DNA of 64,000 nucleotides. Origin: the human T2T-CHM13v2.0 reference genome, Homo sapiens. The DNA lies in the NCBI GenBank assembly GCA_009914755.4, contig CP086569.2, forward strand, positions 12,640,001-12,704,000, read 5' to 3'. The position numbers and the translations under genes were made by a program. A model generated the notes under the pieces. That model was not told where the DNA came from. It was given only the letters and a program-made list of their open reading frames with translations, and searched no databases. The first letter of the stretch is position 1. Every line of letters begins with the position of its first letter. This document shows positions 15,001 to 28,139 of the stretch, in pieces.

Positions 15001-16469
15001 ACAGAATTGAATGGAATAGAATCGAATGGATTGGAATTGATTGGAATAGACAGGAATGCAATGGACTTGAATGGAATTTACTGGAACAAAATGGAATCAA
15101 ACGGATTGGAACTGAACGAAACAGAATGGAATGTAATGGAATGGCCTCGAATGGAATGGAGTTGAATGGAAGGGAATCGATGGAATGGAATCGAATGGAA
15201 TGGAATGGAATGGAATCGAAAGGAATTGAATTTAATGGAGTGTAAAGCAAATATATCGAATCCAATGGAATGGAATGGAATGGACTCGAATGGAATGGAA
15301 TGGAATGGACTCGAATGGAATGGAATGGAATGGACTTGAATGGAATGGACTGGAGTGGAATGGACTCGAATGGAATGGAAAAGAATGGAATGGAATGGAA
15401 TGGAATGGAATGGAATGGAATGGAATGGAATGGAATGGAATGGAATGGAAATGAATGGAATGGAATGGAATAGGATGGAACTAAATGGAATGGAATGGAG
15501 TCGAATGGAGAGGAGTTGAATGGAATGGCATTGAATGGAGTGGAATGGAATGGACTCAAAAGGAATGAACTCGAATGGAATAGAATAGAATGGAATGGCA
15601 TCAAATGGAATGGAACAGAAGGGAGTGTAAAGGCAAGATATCGAATGGAATGGAATGGAATGGAATGGAATGGAATGGAATGGAATGGAATTGACTCGAA
15701 TGGAATGGACTGGAATGGAATGGACTATAATGGAATGGCCCGGAGTGGAATGGACTCGAGTGGAATTGACTGGAATGGAATTGACTTGAATGGTATGGAC
15801 TGGAGTGGAATGGTCTCGAATGGAATGGAAACAAATGGAACGAAATGGATTGGAATGGAAAGGAAAGGAATCGGAAGGAACAGAATGGAGTGGAATGGAG
15901 TCGAAAGAAATAGAATTGAATGGAATGCAATCGAATGGAATGGAATGCAATGGACTCGAATGGAATGGACTCGCATGGAATAGAATTGAATGGAATGGCA
16001 TGGAATGGAATGGAATAGAATGGAATGCAATAAATGCAAAGGAGTGGAATCAAGTGGAATGGAATGGAATGGAATGGAATGGAATGGAATGGAATGGAAT
16101 GGAAGGGAATGGACCCAAATGGAATGGATTCGAGTGGAATGTAACCGACGAATGGAATGGAATTGAATGCAATCGAAACGAATAGATAGAATGGAAAGTA
16201 ATGGAAATATATCGAATCTAATAGAATGGAATGGAATGGACTCGAATGGAATGGACTGGAGTGGAACGGTCTCGAATGGAATGGAATGGATTGGAATGGA
16301 AAGGAATAGAATGGAATGGAATCATATGGAATGGAATGGAACAGAATGAGTCAAAACGGAATAGAATCAAGTGGAATGCAATCGAATGGAATGGAATACA
16401 ATGGACTCGAATGGAATGGATTCTAATGGAATAGAATATAATGGAATGGCATGGAATGGAATGAAATAG
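1..16469 (+). repeat. Pericentromeric (GGAAT)n satellite array, HSat3-type (human satellite II/III family); window starts inside the array
   Basis: Over 16 kb of tandem GGAAT/GAATG pentamers. There are many perfect runs of 9-13 units (e.g. 1790-1840, 2560-2625, 3770-3830, 4755-4815, 5615-5680, 10795-10855, 12000-12060, 15395-15465). Diverged variants such as ggactcgaatgg and ggcatcgaatgg are interspersed. The HSat2-diagnostic aatcatcgaatgg motif is absent. ORF-track peptides MEWNGMEWNG (plus) and HSIPFHSIPF (minus) are periodic translations of GGAAT/ATTCC. Confidence 0.93.
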
Positions 16470-17445
16470 CCAGCTCCCTGTGCAGGTGAAAATCCATGTA
16501 TAACTTTTGACTCCCCAAAAGCTTAGTTACTTATCACCTACTGTTGACTAGAAGCCTGACTCGTAACATAGTCAAGTAATACACATTTTATATGTTATGT
16601 GTATTATATACTGTACTCTAACAAAAAGTAAGCTGAAGAAAGGAATATGTTATTAAGAAAATCGGAGGGAAGTGAAAATATATTTACTGGTTATTAAGAG
16701 GAAGTGGATCATCATAAAATTCTTCATCTTCATTATCTTCACGTTGAGTAGGCTGAAGAGAAAGAGATAGGGTTGGTCTTGCTGTCTCAGGGATGGCAGA
16801 GGCAGAACAAAATCTACGTGCTAGTGGACCCACACAGTTCTAGTCCACGTTGTTCAAGGATCAACTGTAATTACAAGAGTAGACCTTTGAGTTACATGCT
16901 CATTTCATCTGTCTGCATCAGCTAGGTTTTGCCGTGGTGACTAACAACCCCAAACCTCAGTGGCTTAAAGCAACAAAGATTTCCCATTCATTTTGCATGG
17001 CTCATGCGGGTGGATAAGGGAGCTCTGTTTATCAGAGTCACTCTGGGACTCAGTCTGATGAAGGCTTTATCTTAAAAAGTGTTTTCATGATGGCTGGAAA
17101 GTCGTGGACCAATGATTTCCACCGAAACCCATTTGCTAGAACCAATTCCGTGACTATGACTCACTTCAAAGAGACATGAAAAACTATCCTAATGCACTGA
17201 AAGGAAAGGGAAGCTGGATAGCAGTGAAGCGGTCATGTCTACCACATTCCACCCCACGGGTCACTACATACTCAATTCTTTTTTCCCCGTGCAGAGCCCA
17301 CTTGCCCTGTCAAGTCTCTGCTCCAGCACTGCACAGTGGGTAAATGTGTGTTGGTGGTAGGGGAGGGAGTGAGAGCCTATCTTTTCAGCTCATACGTTTC
17401 TAGTTCAAGACGAATTACATCTGACCTGACGTAGAAATAAATGTT

Positions 17446-17960
17446 TATTACCCACTTGTGTTAGTTTCTTAAGGCTGCTGTGACAAATCACCACAAACTG
17501 AGTGGCTCCAAACAACAGATATGTATTGTCTCACTGTTCTGGACACCAGACAGCTGAAATCAAAGGTCAGCAGGGCCACATGCTCTCTGAAGCTTAGAGG
17601 GAGAATCCTCCTTTCTCCCTCGCTGGCTCTGATGGTTTTCCAGTGAGCCTCAGCATTCCTTGGCTTGCAGCCCCAGCACTTTAATCTCTGCTTTTATTGT
17701 CACATGACATTCTTCCCTTGCATCTATCTCTTCTACTCTTCTTATAAGGACACCAGTCATTGGAGTAAGACCACCCGAATTCAGTATGGCCTCATCACAA
17801 CTTAATTACATCTGCACAGACCTTATTTCCAAACAAGGTCACATTCACAGGCACCAGGGATTAGGATTTCAACATATCTTTTTACGGGACACAATTCAAC
17901 TGATAACACCTTCCACCTTCCACTCCCTAATATAACCCTTCATATAGGCACTGTTGCCTC
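17446..17960 (+). mobile_element. Old interspersed repeat, family not assigned; same family as copies at 26745-27120 and 63795-64000
   Basis: Shares the widespread human repeat motifs 'caaactgagtggct..aaacaacag..ttctcac..ttctgga' and 'ttcttataaggacaccagtcat...ggatt..caacata' with the other two copies in this window. Confidence 0.4.
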
Positions 17961-19068
17961 TCACCCAGAAATCATGAATTTTGAGCTCTGTGCCATGACC
18001 GGACAAGACTTTTGTGTTGATTCCCTTAGGAAGGATATTTATGTATTCTGTATGACTGAAGGAGATTGAGCCAAATATTTGGTGTCTAGAATGGTGGGCT
18101 ACAGTAGATATTAGAGATCCCCACCAATATTTCCAGTTGTCTTCCATCCAGTCAAACAATAAGAATAGAACTCCCTGCTCCCATGAAACTAGATGTGACT
18201 ATGAAACTTGCTTTAAGCCAATGTAATGTGAACAGAAGTGATACATTTTATTTCTGGATACTAAAATTTAAGAAGCAAGGTATAATTTTCCACTTTTTCT
18301 TTATCTTCCATGTTGGCAAGTAACTTTCCAGATTGTGAAAATTATGTAATAAAAGTCCTTATGTGAAGACAGCATTAAGAATCCTGCCAAACTGACTTGT
18401 ACTGAATATGTAGCATGAGTAATAAATGAATCCTGATAACAGTAAGACATTGAGTTGTACATGTATACACCCTATAACACAGCAGTTTCATGCATACATC
18501 AGAAAGATTCTTTCACATGTTCATTAAGGAAACATGCACAAGTATTTTAGTTAATAATATTATTTGCAGCAATAAATGGCAATCAGCTCAAATGCTCACC
18601 AATTGTAGGTTGAAATAAATAAATAACTTTTATATACATGAACTGAACAACATACAGCAATGAAAATGAATGGATTATAAACACAAATATCAATATGGAT
18701 AATTTTTAAAACATCATATTAAGCAGTTATAGAAAAACTACACACGTTTGATTGAAATTTTATAATTCAGTCTGAATTAATGGACATATTGCATAAGGAT
18801 ATAAAAATCTATAGTAATAACAGTGGAAAACACCAGGGAACAAAATTCAGCTAATTACTACCTCTGGTGGATATGAAGTATAATGCAATTGAAGAATGCA
18901 CACAGAGAGCTCCTACAGTATGATAATTCATTTTCTAACATTGTTTGCAGGCACATGATATTTGTTTTATTATTGGTCTTCAAACCCCACATATATGCTT
19001 TTATGTACTTTTTGCAATCTATACTTCACAACTGTTAAAAATAAAGCAAATCTTAGGTAAAATATGTT

Positions 19069-19612
19069 TTATATATATATAAATATATATTATATATATT
19101 TTTATATATAAATATATATTATATATATTTTTATATATAATATATATTATATATATTTTTATATATAATTATATAATATATATTTAAGTATAAATATATA
19201 ATAAATATAAATATATTTTTATATAATATATTTTATGTATTTATATATAATATATTCTATATAATATATATTTTATATTATATTCTATATAATATATATT
19301 TTATATTATATTCTATATAATATATATTTTATATTATATTATATACTATATATTTTATATTATATTATATAAGATATATTTTATATTATATAATATAATA
19401 TATATTTAATATTATATTATATAAGATATATTTTATATTATATTATATATAATATATATTTTATATTATGTTATATGTAATATATATTTTATAATATATT
19501 ATATGTAAGATATATTTTATATTATATATTATATATATTTTTATATTATATTATATATATTATATTATATATATTTTATATATTATATATAAATTTTATA
19601 TATAATATATAA
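19069..19612. repeat. AT-rich minisatellite (~545 bp, essentially 100% A+T) with ~28-33 bp repeat units
   Basis: Early units are 'ataaatatatattatatatatttttatat' (x3). Later units are 'tatattctatataatatatattttatat' (x3) and variants 'tatattatataagatatattttatat'. There are no G or C for ~540 bp. Confidence 0.9.
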
Positions 19613-20735
19613 AGCACATTATAGAATGCCCTTGTAGAAGTTGATCTATAGAAGTTAATTTATACAAGTTAACTTCTAGCAATGTTAATTCGTGGTTAAG
19701 AAAGTAATTCCAAGGCTATTTTTTCTGTAAAATGAAGTATAAATTTTTTGCATAAGTAATTATTTTCTCACATCTAACTCTCTGCATCTCTTAGCTTTAT
19801 TAAAGCAGGGCTGGCCTTTCACTTTTTAAATTTTTGTCCCTTTCCCTTTATGGGATTAAAGAGGAAAAATAGAAAATCACAAATATATGAAGGCCTCTTT
19901 TGGGAAAGGGGGATTTTCTTCCCATGCTAGTGAAGCAGCTACTCGATCAGTATATTTCCATTTTGTATCTTTATATGTTTTTACTATTTTAATGGTTTTT
20001 CCTTAAAATGTTTACCATAAATACTTCCTTGTAGCAAGATAAAAATTAATATCTAACCACCTTCCACAATGTTTTAGAACTTTTTAACTCTCATATCTTT
20101 CTTGTTGAATTTTAATTATCATATCCTCCCCTGCTCGTTTTAAGAATATTGGTTCATTCCATTTTTAAACTCTATAAATTATATTAACAATACTAGTATA
20201 AATTTACTTACAGGTTTGACAATTCCTTTGCACCCATACTCCTTGGATCTCATAAAATTCTTCCTCAGATGCTTTGATTTCTTCCTAAAGCATCATTTGG
20301 AATTTCCTTTAGTGAGAATCTGTCGGTGGTAAACTCATATTTTTCTATTTTTGAAAATGTTTTCATTTTGCACTAGGTCCTAAAAGAGATTTCCCGGGCG
20401 TGTAATTCGAGATTAGTAGTTATTTTCACTTAGCACACTGAAGATATTAATCCATTCTTTTCAAGATTCCATTGTTACTGTGCAGAACACCTCTAGCAAT
20501 CTATTTCCATCATCTGTCTTGTCTCCCCATCTGCTTTTATGCTCTTCCGTTTGTCTTTGGTGTTTCATTATAAATCATGAGTTTTTCTTTATTTATTCTC
20601 CTGTGAGCATATTGTTGTGGAAATTTTTCAGCTATTGACGTTTAAGATTTTGCCCTTCTATCATTCTCCCTATGTCCTCCTTTGATGAGAGGCCTGTTAG
20701 ATATTCCCACTCTGTCCTCCATAGCTCTTAACCTC

Positions 20736-21139
<404 letters not shown>

Positions 21140-21650
21140 TAATAATTGAATGTCTTACTTCAACAATTGTATTTTTATTTAAAAACTTTTACATTTTATT
21201 TTTCCAATCCACCTCCTCATTTTGTAAAGCCTTTTGTTTCTTGCTTATTTTCATAATGCAATCTTGTATTTCTTTAGATATTTTATACATAATTAACTTA
21301 TATTCTGTATTTGTTAGTCCAATATCCAAAGTCTTTGAGACCTAAATGTTTTATGTTTTTTCTTACACTGTTTCCCTGTTTGTTTGTTGATGAATGACTG
21401 TGAGGTAGTATTTGGTTGATTTTGTCCATGGAAACCTTAGAGGCCTTATCTCCAAAAGGATCTGTGTTTTCTTCTGCCCAGGCTCTAGGAGAGCATCACT
21501 GAGTTATACTCATTTCAGCTTCCTTCTAAGGTTTCAGGGTTAATGTGGAATTCTCTATCTTAGCTCCCCTGTTTTGCTGCTGGCCCAAAGATTAGACTCC
21601 TAGTCACAGGGATAACATTGAAATTATCCCTAAAATAATTCATCATTTAA

Positions 21651-21822
21651 GCCGGGCATGGTGACATGCACCTGTGATCTCAGCTACCCCAGAGGCGGAG
21701 GCAGGAGGACCACTTGAGCTCAGGAGCTTGAAGCTTATAATATGCTATGATTCTTCCTGTGAATAGTGACTGTATTCCAGCCTGGGCAATATAGTGAGAT
21801 CCCATATCTTTCTAAAAAAATT
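21651..21822 (+). mobile_element. Free Alu monomer (FRAM/AluJ right-arm-like), plus orientation
   Basis: 'gccgggcatggtgacatgcacctgtgatctcagctac..gaggcggaggcaggaggaccacttgagctcaggag..ccagcctgggcaatatagtgagatcc' followed by poly-A. Roughly 170 bp, a single monomer. Confidence 0.7.
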
Positions 21823-21845
21823 CATTTTTGTTTATTGTTTATATC

Positions 21846-24840
<2,995 letters not shown>

Positions 24841-26576
24841 TGTCCCAATTCTTTAGTGACAGCAAGCTATTCAAATTTCTTTTTTAATAATATGATATAA
24901 CTCAACAAAATGCATCTTAGGGACAGCTAGGCCCTATACGCCATGAATTCACAACAACCTCTACTTGGTTTTGTGCTCTTTCATCAAAGAACTTGATATG
25001 TCTCTCTGGGTTAAAATTTGAATAATCTCTCCAAAGTAAATCCAGATGAGCTCCCAGGACTTTGGGCTCCCAGATAGTTTCCAGAGGCAACAGATAAATG
25101 CTGTTACCTCCTCCTCATTTCAAAGTGTGAGATGCACACACGTACAGTTCTTTGCTTGTTGACAAGAGCCTGCATAATCCAGACATCTCACTGACCTTGA
25201 CTTTTCACACTTTCCCTATTTACACTTCACCTTCCAGCAAAGAAGCCATTCTCAGCTCATGGTCTTTGGAAAAAATCATCTTCTGCCTGGAATATTTCCT
25301 CTCCCCTGAACCTGATTAAGCCCTACCCATGCCTTAGATCACAGCTCAAATATCTATTCTTTAAGAAAGGCTGATCACAGCTCAAATGTCTATTCTTTAT
25401 GAAAGCTTTTCCCAGCTCCCCAGGATAGATGATGTTGCCCTATAACACAAACCCTGGTAGCAGGGTATAGGGTTCAAGGGATTTCCTGACTGATCAAGGA
25501 GAAGGATATGAGAGCAATGCATGACAAGCTTTATTGGGCAGAATTGAATGAGAGTGAAAGTCTCCTATGGCATAAGACTGTCCTGAGGCTCACAGCAAAG
25601 GGGCCACCAATCAAGAAGGAGGGCAAGTGAATTCCCAGGGGAAAGGGAATGGGAGAGGGGACTTACTAGATGATGTTGCTCAGCAGTGCAGCAGGGTGTC
25701 TCTGAGTCAGAGAGCTCGTAAGGGCAGTAGCAGCTTGGGATCTTATGGCCTAGGCCCTAGTTTATCAATGGCAAGCAGAAGATAGGTTTCACGGGGTATG
25801 CAAAAGAGGCAAAGTGTACCTGGCTAAAAATCTGCTTGTTGTGTGCTATGTTTAAAACAATTTGATGTATTAAAATTTGAGTTTGGCACCAGAAAGATTT
25901 TGAGGTAATTGGTCTCAACCTCCAGTGAAGAAACAAACAACCTAGGGGCCGATTCGCAGAAGGCATCCTTGGCTCATTGATTAACAGTGGGTAGGGCCAT
26001 TCATCCACTGATAGGCGAGGTAATGCTTGTGGCTAAAGGGTTTAAGTGTATTTCTATATAAATGATACTCAGAGAGTCCAGATTCCTGGAAGTCTCTATG
26101 TTGAATCACTCATTCTGTGACAACCTAAGGCAGTCGCATGGATAGGATCATGGAATGACATGAAACTCCAAAGTCAAAGGCCTTTCAGAAGTTCAGACAG
26201 GGTGACAACTTCACAAAATAGTTTGTCTCCTCTAGTCCAGACTCGTCATTGCACAGCTGATTCCAGGCAGATAACCATAGAAGAGAAGTCTCTACTAAAC
26301 ACAGAAAGTTGCTCCAGAGAGAAGGGCTGTACTTCTGTCTGTTCCAGACAGTCATTTTACATAGATCAGGGAGGAGAGAGCTACTCTTCTTAGGTCTTAA
26401 GATGAAGCAGACTAGAACAATTCTAGTCCTAAGGCTACAGAGAGAAAGTGAAGAGAATCATAAAACACTGATTTTTTACGTAATTCCAGACTTCCATGTA
26501 TAAACATATACAATTTAAGATTTAAGCTGCCTTAAAATCTAAAGCTAACCCGAACAGCTTGGTTTTCAGAGTTATG

Positions 26577-26700
26577 AGGAAAAGACAGCTATCTATCTAA
26601 AAATATTAGAAAGGCATACATAGATGATTGATTGATAGATAATAGATCGATAGGTGATAGATGATATAACAATAGATTGATTAATTTATCTGAATCTATA
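26577..26700. repeat. Degenerate (GATA)n / (GATT)n-like simple repeat
   Basis: 'tatctatctaaa...gatgattgattgatagataatagatcgataggtgatagatgatat..atagattgattaat'. Confidence 0.7.
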
Positions 26701-26744
26701 CACTGATACATACCAAAGACTTTTTTTCCTTTTGTGGTTTTGTT

Positions 26745-27120
26745 GTTTACATACTGTTTTAGTCAGCTCAGTCTGCTATAACAGAATACCATAGACTGAT
26801 GGCTTAAACAGCAGAAATTTATTTCTCACAGGTCTGGAGGACGCAAGTCTGAGATCAGGGTGCCAGAATGATCAGATTCTAGCAAGGGCCCTCTTCCTGG
26901 TTTACAGAGGCTGTCTTCCCATAGTGTCTTCATGTGACAGTGAAAGTGATCATCTCTCTCATGTCTCTTCTAATAAGTGCACTAATCCCATCCATGAGGG
27001 TCCACCCTCTGACCTAATTGCCTCCCAAAGGTTCCACCTACACATACTATCCTATTGCGGATTAGAGCTTCAACATACAAATTTTGGGGGGATACAAACA
27101 TTCAGGCCATAGAACTTGCC
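26745..27120 (+). mobile_element. Old interspersed repeat, same unassigned family as 17446-17960
   Basis: 'ctgctataacagaataccatagactgatggcttaaacagcagaaatttatttctcacaggtctggaggacgcaagtctgagatcagggtgcc...' and '...agagcttcaacatacaaattttgggggga'. Confidence 0.4.
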
Positions 27121-27822
27121 AAATATCCAAGCCCCAAAAACCGCACCTGCTGCAATCCCCAAAAGAATAGCATGGGATCATCAGGAGGCAGTGACCAGAA
27201 TCCAGAGTCCATCAGATGAACAGCTAATGCCCATAAGTTTCATACATCCTCGGTGGGGGTAGCCATCTCTCCTGGGCCATTGATGATCTCTGACTATTCA
27301 CTTTATTCCTGAAGCAACGCTTCTCAAAATTTAACGTGCATTAGGGTCCAATGGGGAGCTTTTTAGACTTGCCATTCTCAAAGTTCTGTGGACTCTGAGG
27401 CAGGAGGTTTGAGAACCCTACCTTGGAGATATTGTCCTAAAACATAACTAGGTCAACCCTTGCCCCTCACTGTCACATGATTAGACTCAGGAGTTTGTCT
27501 GGGTTAATCTCTAAATTAAGAGTCTCTTAGAAGAGAAACCAAGGTTCCAACCTCAAGTGTAGCCATGAGAGAATGTTGCACCAAACCCAAAAGCCATGTG
27601 GCAGCAGGCGCAAAAACCTGGTGCTGTTTTACTCTATGGCACCAGAGTGCCATTAAGTGGCCTTATCACTGGCTATATATCATATAGGCAGGCCAAAGGC
27701 TAAGCTTCTCTATTCAGTCATAATCTGTGTTGCTATGGGATGCTTATGAATAATTGCTGATCCAGAGGAGTCTAAATTCTCTCTTTCAGGATGAGATATA
27801 AGGGTTGCAAAAACTATTTTAC

Positions 27823-28139
27823 TTTTTTGTTTGTTTGTTTTGTTTTGTTTGTTTGTTTGAGACAGAGTCTCGTTCTGTAGCCCAAGCTGGAGTTGCAGTG
27901 GCATGATCTTGGCTCACTGCAACCTCTGCCACCCAGGTTCAAGACGTTCTCTTGCCTCGGCCTCCCAAGTAGCTGAGATTACAGGCACCTGCCACCGTGC
28001 CTGGCTAATTTTTGTATTTTTAGTAGAGACGGGGTTTCACCATATTGGTCAGGCTGATCTTCAACTCCTGACCTCATGATCCACCCGCCTCGGCCTTCCG
28101 GAGTGCTGGGATTACAGGTGTGAGCCACCGCGTCCGGCC
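27823..28139 (-). mobile_element. Alu (AluS-like), minus orientation
   Basis: (TTTG)n/poly-T tail, then 'gagacagagtctcgttctgtagcccaagctggagt...' through to '...gggattacaggtgtgagccaccgcgtccggcc'. Confidence 0.92.

Noticed and set aside
1-16469. Dozens of long ORFs from the six-frame track across the first 16 kb, for example a 504 aa ORF at 9756-11270 (minus) and a 307 aa ORF at 15078-16001 (minus), with peptides like MEWNGMEWNG or HSIPFHSIPFHS.
   Set aside because: These are periodic translations of (GGAAT)n/(ATTCC)n. The pentamer rarely generates stop codons in several frames. Amino-acid periodicity of 5 codons per 3 repeat units and zero sequence complexity show they are artefacts, not genes.
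1-16469. A regular short direct-repeat architecture that could superficially look like a CRISPR array or other prokaryotic repeat locus.
   Set aside because: The unit is 5 bp with no unique spacers, no leader and no cas genes, and the rest of the window is full of Alu and L1. This is human satellite DNA.
1-16469. Assignment to HSat2 or alpha satellite.
   Set aside because: There is no 171 bp periodicity and no CENP-B-box-like motif (no alpha satellite). The HSat2-typical 'aatcatcgaatgg'/'CATTCGATGATT' signature is essentially absent while long perfect GGAAT runs are common. HSat3-type is the better fit, though subfamily and chromosome cannot be assigned without a search.
16895-17445. A possible additional copy of the unassigned interspersed-repeat family immediately upstream of the 17446-17960 copy.
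   Set aside because: Only the first ~40 bp ('ccaaacctcagtggcttaaagcaacaaagatttcc') resembles the family. The rest does not align convincingly.
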